The notes beneath the pieces were generated by a model, which saw only the letters and a program-made list of their open reading frames with translations, was not told where the DNA came from and made no database searches. Made by a program: the position numbers and the translations under genes. Below, piece by piece: positions 11,257 to 23,446 of a DNA stretch of 64,000 nucleotides. Source of the stretch: Paramecium tetraurelia (Eukaryota); contig CT868552.1 of the NCBI GenBank assembly GCA_000165425.1, forward strand, positions 62,001-126,000, written 5' to 3'. The stretch's first letter is position 1, and each line of letters opens with the position of its first letter.

Positions 11257-14200
11257 TCATGCCTCTGGCTTAATATCTTCAGCCTTCCTAAAAGTAATAT
11301 TATATATAAAATACTTTTTAACAGTAATCACCAAAGCCTTTTCTTCATTGAAAAATCTTGTCTTAACTGGACCTCTTGATACTCCAGTCTTGATTGATTT
11401 AGTATAATTTGATTGTATTATTCCAAATTGTTTAATTTCTTCATTTGTCAATTCTCTGGGTTGTTAAGTTGAATCTCTCAGGATGATCATTTGTCCATCA
11501 TTTGTTATAAATAGTGGCTATGATCCCAATAGATAATCATCATTCTTTAATGGAATCCACTAATTATTTAATTAATAAGTATACTTCTTCATTTAATAAC
11601 TCATATCTATTGAATCTATGAACAGCAATTATTCTGCATACTTCTATATTTTCAGCTGTAATTCCAAACACTTAACTAAATTATTCTGCCAAGTCAGCAC
11701 CACTCTAGTTTCTGCTAACAACAAATTCGTATCTTTCTGAAAGATCCCACTTCTCTTAATCCCAGAATCTGGCATGAATAAATACATCTTTAGATGTCAA
11801 ATGCTACCACTCATCTTACAATTGTTCAATTGCTATCATTCTCATCTCTACAATTCCTTACTCTTTCAATGGTTTATCTCTATACACTTTATTCAAACGA
11901 TCTGCTATCCTTTCTCTAAGTCTAATGTGTTTAGGATCTAGTGGGATTCCACTCTTCTCAGATGCCCAAATAGCCAAATCATTTATGAATTGACTGATAG
12001 GTTTATCTCCTGGAATGGAGTACTCACCTAATTCTTAAAATTGATAGAAATTCCTATCTTCATAGAGATTCGGAGCAGATGCAATTGAGATTATGCATCT
12101 ATATTCTCCTAAGTTTAAGGGAGTTCCTAAGTCTAAATGGATAGAAGACCCTTTGACAAAATGGTTGAGTCCAACTTCAATCGTCAAATCTTTCAACTCT
12201 AATCCAGCTCTTCCACCTCTTCTCAAGATCAAATTTTTAGGGGAAATTCCTAATTGTTAACAGATCTTCTCCTTCATTTCCATCATTGTAGCTCTGTTAT
12301 CGATTGTGCAAACAAGGGGATATAAATCCTCTGGCTGCCCTTCTTATATAGAAGCTTAAACAGTTTTAGTAGGGTCATTGAATTTGATAGTGATTCTATG
12401 TTCATCTATTTCGAATTCCTTAAGCCAATTACTATTTTCAGTTTTAGGTTCAAGATAGAAGAAACTATTATCATAATATCCATCAATGGGTTTATCTGAA
12501 CTCAAGATTTCTCCAAATTCGCCATTTCTTTTCAATAATTAAAATTCTCCTTCTAAATTATAGGCTTTCTTTGCAGCTTCAACTAATTCATGCACAAAAT
12601 CATTTTTGTTTACTGTTACTTTTTTGGGTTATAATGTTTTTTCATCTAGTGCTTCTAGATTTTCTCTAAAAAGAGCCACTCTGAATGTGACAGCCTATTC
12701 ATTATATGGCTTCCATTCTTCACCTGGCTATTTGAATTCAATAGATATGCATTTATTCTACAATTTGAGTGCTGCTAAGGATCTCATTTCTTTGCCCTCA
12801 AAAGTGTCTTAAAATTAATCAGTATATGGATTATAAATTCTGATTCTACAGTTATCTCTATCTTTAATTTGGAAATGGTCAAGTACTAATTATCTGAAAT
12901 TAAGAAAGCTTGTGCTATTTTCAAGAGTAAATGTCTTGACCTCTAATTTATAATGAGCCTTAACAGTGATAGGTTTCTGGAGTGCCAATAGATCCTCTGC
13001 TTATCCTCCTTGCTATCTGAATTCTTCTAATTTGATTCTTTCTTCTTGTAATTTTAATTGAACATACTCAGGTAATTCATTCTCTTGGAATTATCCACCC
13101 CAAGTACCCCAAGATTCTTGATTCGGTTCAACCTTCCTGTAAAATAACATATAGGCACTTCCACCAGAATGACCTCCAAATGTTTTCACTGGAATATCAT
13201 CTGGGTTAATGTAAGTGACTGAACTATCATTAAAGCAATACCATTGTCCATCTTCATGGGAACGGATATAAGCAAAATAATGACCACCCATAGCACCACC
13301 TGAATGATTGAGAATAGAGTATAACTAATAAACATGTGGACCATCCTTCAAATATTGTCTAATTTGATTATCTTATTCTAAAATTGATTCTTAACATTTC
13401 TTCTTAACTAATTCAGCATATTTCTTCCTCTCTTCTGTGGTATCCAAAATAGGTTATTATTGCTATTTGTCTTTTTCTTCCTCCTTACTCTTCTATTATA
13501 ACTCCTCCTAGATTTAGCCCTCTTGTTTCTAATTGTTAGATTAAACTTTGGGTGCATCCTAATACTCCAGATCATGATCAAAGACTGGTAAGGGAGGAGG
13601 TGGAGGAATACTAGTTTCAGCAGGCTTAGTTTATTATTAAATTTGTTTGATATCTTCTTAGATTTGTTAATGAATGATTTGTTGAATCTATTCATCCTCT
13701 TGCATGTTTCCAAATGAATCGATGATGTCAACATTACCCTATTGTTTTGCTACTTTCTTCTATTGTTTGATGAAATCTTTTAATCCTTAATTGGGTCTAA
13801 CCACTTTAGTTGCCTTGGTTGTCTGTGCAGATGGTTACACTTTACTAGTGGCGGTTGTTTTGAACTATTATTTCTTTGGTTACACCAATTCCTCAAAGTA
13901 GGATGGATCTGCTTCTTCGGAGAGTTTGTTTGGGATTTCATCGTAAGTTCTGCTGTAATTATTCATATTGAGAACAAAGGGGAATGCCATTTTGTCATCC
14001 AACTTCTCCCTTCTCATCATTACATAATCGAATGCGAAACGATTGATGTGCACATTCAGTATTGATGGCAATTTATAAATTAATTGTCCTCTGTGAGCAT
14101 CTTGTTTGGCTTAACATGATTCACAGAAATATTAATTATTGCCTTCCAATTTCTCCGGTTTCAGACTTCTTTGGATGGCCAATTCCAGACTGTTATTGTA

Positions 14201-14706
14201 CACCTTACTCCATTTATCCTTCAGAATCACTGTGTAATCCATAAAGATTTCTTGTCTCTGGCTTTCGTAATTGCATTTCAAGCATTTCGTATAATGAAGA
14301 TATGCGCCTTCCTTAATATCATATATATACCTTCGTACAGTTCCTTTACAAAGTTACAATTCTGATCGCTCTACTCTATTGCGTCAAAGAGAATACGAAT
14401 AAACTCCTGGATGTCGTGCTACTAAAAGGCCTAATGGATGTCCCATTAAAATGATTTGGTCAGATCCCTCGTATCAATGTACTCAAATATTTTGGTTTGG
14501 AGTCTCCCATAGAGCTTTTGAAGTTGAAATGGTATCGAATCAATCTCTTCCCCGTGTATTGAGTGCTCGTACTTCCACAAATACAATCCTCTGCGAAATT
14601 CAGGAGTCATGAACAAAGTCTGTAGGACAGAATTCATATAACAAGTGGCACCTATGTTTTGAAGCCCCAAGTAGGGAGCATCAATTTAATATGAATTTGT
14701 AGTCAT
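11257..14706 (-). CDS. ubiquitin carboxyl-terminal hydrolase, USP47/USP7-like
   Basis: Cys box [27 protein letters not shown], His box [32 protein letters not shown]-terminal EEKALVI resembles USP47. Confidence 0.92.
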
Positions 14707-14779
14707 TTAAATTTATTATTAACTCATTTCACTTGACCCAAATAATCAGGATTAAAGCACCCTTATAAAATGATTATTT

Positions 14780-16635
14780 ATGAAAATTATTTATAAATTT
14801 ACACAGCAAGTCCTCTATCAGAATAAGCAATATTCAATACTCAAGCCATCATAATTGTCAGTCCCCAAAGATGCTTTCATCGCCAAAGTCACTAACAAAG
14901 ATGGTAGCACATCTCTCCATGATCTCAATAGGGAATTGAAATAGGATTGCACCATTGAATTTCTAGATTTCTCTAATCAAGACGCAAGAAGAGTCTTTTG
15001 GCATTCAAGTGCTCACGTTTTAGGTGCCATCCTCAGTAAATTTGGAGCCGAGTTAGAATTCGGACCATCAACTGAAAATGGGTAATCCTATTAATCATGT
15101 CTCTTAGATTCTACTATCAATGCAAATTGGATAAGGAAATTGAATTAGATTAACTTAACTAAGAAATTGAGCAATATCTGAAATAGAAAAAGCACCTTTT
15201 TGAAATTTAATCCATATCCCAGGATGAAGCATTATAATTATTCAACAAGAATGCATATAAGTTAAGCAAAATTAAGTAGACAGCCTTCTAAAATTATCAA
15301 ATTTACAAATTGGACGACTTTGTAGATTTATGTAAGGGTCCTCACATTGATCATACAAATCGTATTTATAAATTGATAATCAATCATTCACAACCCTTCC
15401 AAAATAGTTATAGATATCAGGGTATTGCATTTCCAAATTCAAAATTATATTAAGATTATTAGAAATAAATGGAATGTGATCATAGACATATTGGCAAACA
15501 GAATCATTTATTTGTGTTTAATAAATTAGCTCCTGGAAGTGCATTTTTCTTACCTCATGGAACCAAGATTTACAATAAGCTTGTAGAGATGATTCGCAAA
15601 GAGTATAGAGAGAGAGGATATCAGGAAGTCATTACTCCATAATTATTTCACAAAGATTTATGGAAACAATCTGGTCATTTGGATAAATATGCAGAAAATA
15701 TATACATGACTCATGATCATTAAATGGGATTGAAGCCAATGAATTGTCCTGGCCATTGTTTACTGTACAAAACATTGCAGCACAGTTACAAAGAGTTGCC
15801 AATTCGATTTGCTGATTTTGGTGTTTTACACAGAAACGAAGTGCATGGAACTTTGACTGGATTGACAAGGGTGCGTAAATTCACATAAGATGATGCTCAT
15901 ATATTCTGCACGATTGAACAAATACAACAAGAAATAAAAAACACATTAGACTTTTTGAGTAAGGTGTATGGTCGTTTTGGATTTACTTGGGAATTGACAT
16001 TGTCCACTAGACCTGATAAGTATATAGGTGATTTGTAGATATGGGATGAGGCTGAAAGGTAATTGAGAATTGCACTGTCTGACACACCATACACGGAGAA
16101 TCCTGGAGATGGGGCATTCTATGGTCCAAAGATAGATGTATTAATAAGGGATCATAATCAGAAGTAACATCAATGTGGCACAATTCAATTAGATTTCAAT
16201 TTGCCAGAAAGATTTGATCTCACTTATCATCATGAAAACGATAAATTTTCAAGGCCAGTAATGATCCATAGAGCTATTCTTGGTTCGATTGAGAGGATGA
16301 TGGCTATCTTGACTGAGTAATACAATGGGAGATGGCCATTTTGGTTGTCACCCAGATAAGTATTGATAATTCCTGTGAGTGAAGTCTCAAAGTAGTATGC
16401 GAAGGAGATTTATGATTAATTGTATAAGTTAGGATTCGAAGTGGAATTGGAGGATAGTGAGCAGACTTTGGGGAAGAGAATTCGAAAGGGGGAGATGTTG
16501 CATTTCAATTACATTTTGACTTTGGGGGCCAAGGAGTAGGAGTCAAACACAGTTGATGTCAGAGAGAGAGGGGATAATCACAAACATTAATCAATGAAAT
16601 TAGATGAGTTTATAACAAAAATTATTTAATTATGA
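14780..16635 (+). CDS. TARS: threonyl-tRNA synthetase (possibly mitochondrial)
   Basis: [87 protein letters not shown]; short basic N-terminus; TGA 16633-16635. Confidence 0.96.
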
Positions 16636-17641
16636 TTCAAAAACCTTAAGAGGAAGGTCCACTTTAGCCGTTTGATTTATCATTTCGAGGAGACGACCAG
16701 AGGTTTATGGAGTTGGAAAGAGCCTAGACGATTCAAGAATTCGTAAAGTCTATTGAGAAACGGAATTTTGAATTCGAATTTCAATATCTGAGACAAAGCA
16801 CTGAGACGAAGGAACACGACAAATAACTGATTAAGACTGTTCAAGTTTAAAGACTGAATCGATACTCGAATATATTGCCATGTATGTTGATGTACTCATC
16901 TATTCTTAGTTTCGCATTCGATTGTAAAACCAGAAGCCTAATCAACTAATAAATTTAGTACTCCGAGAGATAAATTTTACATCAATGCGAATTACATAAA
17001 GGGAATTAATAATGTTGAGAAACAATACATTGCAACTTAAGGACCCATTCCAGAATCTATTGATGATTTTTGGCATATGGTTTGGACTAATAATGTTGGA
17101 GTCGTAATCATGTTGTGTGCTCTGTTTGATAGAGGAAGAGTATTCCTTTTGCTTTACTTAGATCCAATGCGAGAAGTATTGGCCCAGTCAAGGATAGAAG
17201 GCACAATTTGGTCCCTACGAGGTGAACACCATTTCTTAAGAGGAGGCTCCGAAGACTTTCTTTAAAAATAAGATCATCCTCAGATGTTAAGATGAGTAAC
17301 GGGAGATTCTTCATTTTTAATGGGCTGGGTGGACTGATTTCGGAGTTGTTGATAACTCATAATTTAAAATTCTTGATATGTTGGCAGAAGTCTCAAACAC
17401 GGCTGGTATGTAGAATAAGAGACCAGTGGTTCATTGCAGTGCAGGAGTTGGAAGAACAGGAACATTCCTAGCCATATGTCATATAAAATAGTTATTAATT
17501 AATAATCAAGCAAAAATATCTGTATTTAGTATTGTGAGAAGACTGAGAGAGTAGAGAGCCTTAATGATCTAGACACCTGAGTAGTATCAAATGGTGTATA
17601 GGTACACAATCTGGTTGATAGAAAATTTGAAATATATCTGA
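16632..17641 (+). CDS. classical protein tyrosine phosphatase
   Basis: NRYSNILP, YINANYI, YIATQGP, FWHMVW, CEKYWP, WTDFGV, VVHCSAGVGRTGTF, IQTPEQY; first in-frame ATG 16632 (alternative ~16707). Confidence 0.92.
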
Positions 17642-17740
17642 TATTTAGATGAATATGTTATTAAAATTCAACCTCTCTTATATTTGGCTAATAATAGTGT
17701 TATTTTAATTTATTATATAAAAATTAAAAATAAAAATAAC

Positions 17741-17813
17741 AGCCGATTGAGAGAATTGAACTCTCGACCCTTTGCTTACAAGGCAAAAGCTCTAACCACT
17801 GAGCTAAACCGGC
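17741..17813 (-). tRNA. tRNA-Thr(TGT)
   Basis: Reverse complement GCCGGTTTAGCTCAGTGGTTAGAGCTTTTGCCTTGTAAGCAAAGGGTCGAGAGTTCAATTCTCTCAATCGGCT folds as a 73-nt cloverleaf with anticodon TGT; followed by T-runs. Confidence 0.96.
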
Positions 17814-18181
17814 TCGGTTGTATAGAATTCCAATTATTCATTTATGAGACGCCCGATTCATTTCAAATATTTTAATTATACTTAAGACAATTGGGATATT
17901 GATATCCAGTTGTGATTATCTTCAAATTTCAGTCTCTTTCCACTCAGTGTTATCACTCATTCCTCTCTTGGTGTCCTTCAATTTCACTTATAGCGAGGAT
18001 AAAGCGAGAAATTTCAATAAATCAAAAAATATGATAGAATAAGTGTGACCACCAAGAAAATGGATATTTTTTCAATGGTATATTTCACTTAGATTTGGGA
18101 TTATGTCAAATATAGGGAATTCTTTCCAAAATATAGAAATGAAAAAGAAAGGAATTGAATTATTTAAATAAAAATTAATAT

Positions 18182-19758
18182 ATGACTACAGTGTCTGTGG
18201 ATTTTTTGCAGCAGATTACTCTTCTCGGTAAGCCAATTTTGTTAACTTCCTTAGACCCGATGAATAGGAAGCAAACTATCACAGAGTTAAAGAAGGTCCT
18301 CACGAAGCCATTGCTAATTTCTGATTTTAAGAAAATTTGGAAGGCTCTCTATTATGGTATTGCTCTCTTTAATTGTAAGCTATGTGGAGTTCTGACAAGT
18401 ATCAAAATCAATAGATTCTTGCAACTGAAATTTCATAACTCACAAGAATGTTCTACTCTAATTTCACTGCATTCATCCAATTCTCTAGAGCCATGTTCCA
18501 TGTGTTCATGCTTGAATGGGAAAAGATTGATTACTGGCGAATTAATAAATTTATGCTGCTATTCAGGGAAATCATAGAAGAACAAATCAAAATATGCAAG
18601 CATTTCAACTGGAAGACAGTTCCCCAACTAATTGCCCTTTACAACGAGACTGTCTTGAATCTTACCGAATTCCAGACAGGTATGATTCCATATCCTAACT
18701 CTTACTAGTATAGGGAGCTGCATTGCACTTCATCCAAATATTCGTGTAGTGTATGGCTAAACACATGAGTGATTCCACTGTTAGTTACGTTCAGGTTAAG
18801 GAACTTCTTGAAGGGTTCCTAGACATTCTTAAACACAGTCCAAACAAGACTTTGAGGGATAAAACCATTCAATATGTCTACGAGTACATAGAGGAGAGAC
18901 AAGCTTAAGAATCTTATTTGCCTGCCTTCGACTCTAAGAAATATGGGAATTATGTCTTCAAGTTGGCATCATCAGAGTAATTTAGTATCCAGTATCTTGT
19001 AGGAATGTCAATCCTTAGAATAGGAAGGCTCTTTATAGAGTGGCTGAGATTTTTAATTTTACAGAGGCAGAGGAGGAATCACCTAAAATTGAAGTGGAGG
19101 AAGTTCCGAAGAAGAAAAAGTAAAAAAAAATATAAGAAAATCAATAAAAGCAAAAACCATAAGAAAAAAAATAATTTGAAGAAAATCATGTATAATAATA
19201 ATAAAATGAAGAACAACAATTCAATTAGTAAGAAGAATAAGAGGAATAAGAAGTAGAACAAGTGATTTAGGTACCTTAAAAAGTTTAAAAAAAAAATGGA
19301 AAAGAAAAAGTAGCAAAGGAAAAGGAGTCATAATAACAACAAAATACAAAAGCCAAATAAAAGGAAGAGAAAGCCATTCTGAAATTACATAAGAAATAAG
19401 AAGAACAAATCAATTCACATTATATGCAAGACAGTCCCATTCAAGATGAAGATGAAACCATAGAAGGTGATGATTATAGCGAAGTTAGAAAGAATCCAAG
19501 CAAATTGAAAACCCTGAAGGATATCATGAACTCTGTTCCTGTGTATTTGTTTATGAATCCAGCTGAGAAACGCAAATACTTTAAGTCTATCAATAGTAGA
19601 TTTTAGGAGGCTTTGCAAAAAGAAAAAGGAACTCATTGCACACACAACAAGAGTGTCCACTTTGACTTAGCAAGAAACAAAGTGAAAAGTAACAATGTGA
19701 ATTTATTTTATTAGCTTTCAAATAAACAGACAATGTGCTCAGAATTTCTAAGTCATGA
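18182..19758 (+). CDS. Nop52/RRP1-family rRNA processing protein
   Basis: KKIWKALYYAMWSSDKYQNQQILA, EWEKIDYWRINKFMLLFR, C-terminal KSVHFDLARNKVK; Q/E/K-rich linker. Confidence 0.88.
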
Positions 19759-19908
19759 ATTTGATATTTTATATGTATAATAAATATGGCAGAGAATGTG
19801 AAAAAAATTACTCTTAAAAATTCACTTTAGACTTTTATTTGGCTAAAATTTGAAACGACTATTTAATTACATAAAATTACATACGCATTTACAAAACGAA
19901 GCTTAAGT

Positions 19909-21477
19909 TCAATGTATTTTCTTTCTATCCCTTCTTCAACCTCATTCATCTTTGCACTCTCCAAAATAGTTTCATCATCTCGCTTACAATGAGGAGATGA
20001 ATAACTAATCTAAGATTTACGTTTCTTAACTCCTGTCAATTGATCTAAATATGGATCATGTTGGATTTGTTAAACCTTTTCATGCGCCTTAATCTCAGGA
20101 GTCAAACATATATTAGACTTACTGTTTCTTACCCTAGAAATCGAGTTAAACGAAATCTTGCTCAATCTACTTAAAATGCTAGGCTAGATTCCCAACAAAA
20201 CACTATTATTGAAATCAATATCTGATATTGTGTCATTATAACTGCTGATTGATTATATTCTACCCTTTTTTCTATGAATTTCTGGAGTCAAAGTGGATCT
20301 CTTCTATTCAGGAGTCCTTAATAAGGAATTCATCTCCTATTCAATAGACTAATTTAATTAAGAACCCAAAATATTATTGGATGACAAATCCTCTTTGGTT
20401 TTTCTGAATCTAAAAATATAATGCAATCTATTTTACATCGATGGTTTGCTATTGAATATATTGCTACTCGTACTCTGTCCTTCTTTCTCTCCCTTCTAAG
20501 ACATGTTCCAATCAAACACCAATTCTTTTGGGACATAATTGTGTTCGCTTTATATTTTTCTAAACAAAGATTAACAGTATTTATAATTTGGTTCTGATTT
20601 AAATGGTAACCCTCTAGCATAATCTAAATATCTCCCAAATTCAATGGGCAGACCTTTGCATAACTCACTCACTTCCATCTTCATTTTCATCTACCCAACT
20701 TACTTAATTTTATTCTCTTCTGAAGTGAACTATATATTTTACCATGGCAACTAACCTGTTACATCAATAATTCTGTATACCTTTAAGTAAAAATATCAGC
20801 ATGTAACCTAGTGATTCCATATCATCCCGTCTACTTAAGGAATAGCCTTTATGGGCATTGATGCTAGCATATCTAGTAGTCCCTATGAATGGCTATTTTT
20901 CTCTAAAGGATCTAAATTTGATTGAATTGAATTGATACATATGAGATTCATTTTCATCCTTAAAGAACTTACTGATCCCAAAGTCTACAATGTATAGCGA
21001 ATTTTCATCATCATCCTTTCCAACTAAGACATTTTCTGGTTTTATGTCTCTATGCAAGACTTTGCTAAACTCAAGTAATTGATATACTTCTTATGCAAAC
21101 TCTCCAATATATTGATCATCTATTCAGCTACATTAAGGACACATTTAAGTGAGAATTTCCGGAAAGTCTTCATATAATGAGTCAAATCTCTTCCTAAATG
21201 TTGTATCACTAGAACATGGGAATCCTGCTCTTTTCCAGCCCAATACAATTTTGGTATGTGTTATAAATGTTATAGCCTTTTTAAAATTTCTGCCTAAAAT
21301 AGATTATCTTGATACCTCTCTTAACAAGCTTGAGTCTTCTTTATTTTCTTTGTCCATCTTTATGGCAACAAGATTTCTTGTATTAATATCTTATCCTTAA
21401 TAAACAACTCCAAAGGACCCAGCAGAAATCCTTTTTTTTGTAATGTATACATTGTTGATTATTTTCTGATTATTCAT
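19909..21477 (-). CDS. casein kinase 1 family Ser/Thr kinase
   Basis: [56 protein letters not shown]. Confidence 0.93.
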
Positions 21478-22078
21478 TTTTGTGAAATAATAATAAGCTA
21501 TGTTAAATGAAATCTATATATATATTTAAATATCTGAGTTCTATAATATACTAAAACAATAAATTTAATAAATCGTTCCTTCTTCCTAACTTTCATTTTA
21601 GATAGGACTTGTTGTTAATAAATGTTCCTTAATTGACTCCAAGATTCATTGCATTGTGAACACTTGCTATTCTAAGGATTCTTGTTTTAGAATTGAATTT
21701 ATTTAATTTCAACTTTTAATTTTGAAAAATTAGCCTCTATATGAACATGCTCAAATCGCTTCTGATATTCTCATTTAGAAGTAAAAGGAGAGTAATGATT
21801 TTTGAAGAAATGAAATAATGGATACAGTGAAATATATTGGATTTTAAGTCCTTTAATTAATTATTGTTACTGCATCACTTAATATTTATTGAAGGAAATA
21901 CATGATAAGTTTGAAATATTCTATCACAGTAAAAGTGTTACAATATTATTGCAAATTTAAGGTATTCCTGTTCTATAATATTATCTTATTTAGACCTTTG
22001 ATTGCCTTTTTATATTAAATATTATAAAATAAATTTAATTTCTTCTAATAGCTATTTTATTAGTATATATTATATTCA

Positions 22079-22657
22079 TCAAGATTATTATTTTATATTA
22101 TTAAATCTACAATTTGTATGACCCAAATCCAAACAGTTTAGACATTTTGCTTCTGGAGTTTACACATCAAAATTTAAATTGCCCTTTTCTAATTTTAATT
22201 CACAATCATAAAAAGAATGATTTAAACTTAAGCAGATTAAACAATAAGGTTATTGTCCAACTTCGCACATATTAGTTTAATGCCCGTGCTATCTGCAATT
22301 CCAACAAAATTAGTAGTATTTATAATCGAAGTAACGCTTAACCTTTTAATGCTTTCTGTAAGTCAACTCACCTTCTTCACTTGAAGATGATTATTATTGA
22401 ATAGGATCCGTTTCTGTATACCAATTTACCTCTTTGTTACTTTGAATCCCCTTCAATTTTTACAATAATTTTGCTTCATTTGTGCTTTTCTTTGTTGCAT
22501 CAAATAATTCATAATATTGGTTGATATCTACCACCTTAATATTTTACACGCCTTCCTTGTCTAAATTAAGCACAATATTACTTATTATGGGTTGCTTTTC
22601 AAATTGATATTCCTTTTCTTCTGATTCACTACTGCTATCCTCAAAATGAAACATCAT
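22079..22657 (-). CDS. CCHC zinc-knuckle protein (Air1/Air2/ZCCHC7-like)
   Basis: CWNCRQHGHQTNMC, CLICLSLNHSFYDC, CLNCLDLGHTNC; acidic N-terminus. Confidence 0.75.
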
Positions 22658-23446
22658 TAGTTATAATAATTTAAATTTCTAAAATATTTTTCTATTTTGT
22701 GTTTTTAAAAGCTAATGGGAATTTTGTATAGTTCAGTGTCTTTTATATATTTTTGACTTCTATCAACGTTTCTTCTTAAGATAGAACTTCTTTTGCATGA
22801 TTAAATTAATACCTACCTTTTTTTATCTAGATATACAAATTTCTTGAGAATCTATTTAATAGTTTTAATTCTTTATAAAAGCTTATTTTTAAGAAAATCT
22901 AAGGATTAAGTTTGATTGCGAATAAGGGTGGACGATATTACTTATCTTAAAAAAAAGATAAAATAATAATAAACTTTATTAGGTTACTGATGGATTAATT
23001 AATTAGTATCATGTGCAAAGCAACTGAAATATTAGAGAATATGAATCGATTAGAATTTTTCTTTATTAATACTTCATTAATAGGTTATTGAGTAAGAACG
23101 AATTCAGATGCAACTATAAAGATTTGCACTACATAAATTATGTTCTATTTAATCAATTTAAATTCATATATATTATGAATAGGTCTTACTAATTCGATGC
23201 TTTTTTAATTAGTGGAGAGAATTTGATCCTCAAAGCTGTTTTACTAAGGGTATTGCATTAAATAATAAATAGACAAACAATGATATTATATTTATATATT
23301 TTATTAAAAAAAATAATATAAAATCATAAGATCTTTAAACTACGATGAAGAAGAAATTAAAAAGAGTTTTTAGAACTACTCAAAAAAATAATTAAAAAAT
23401 CATTTACAATTTATATGGAATTAATATCTAATTCATACTAAAATAA

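Noticed and set aside
19005..19261. Poly-K/N and poly-F/L ORFs in the supplied track
   Set aside because: Off-frame and antisense shadows of the Q/E-rich linker of the Nop52-like gene
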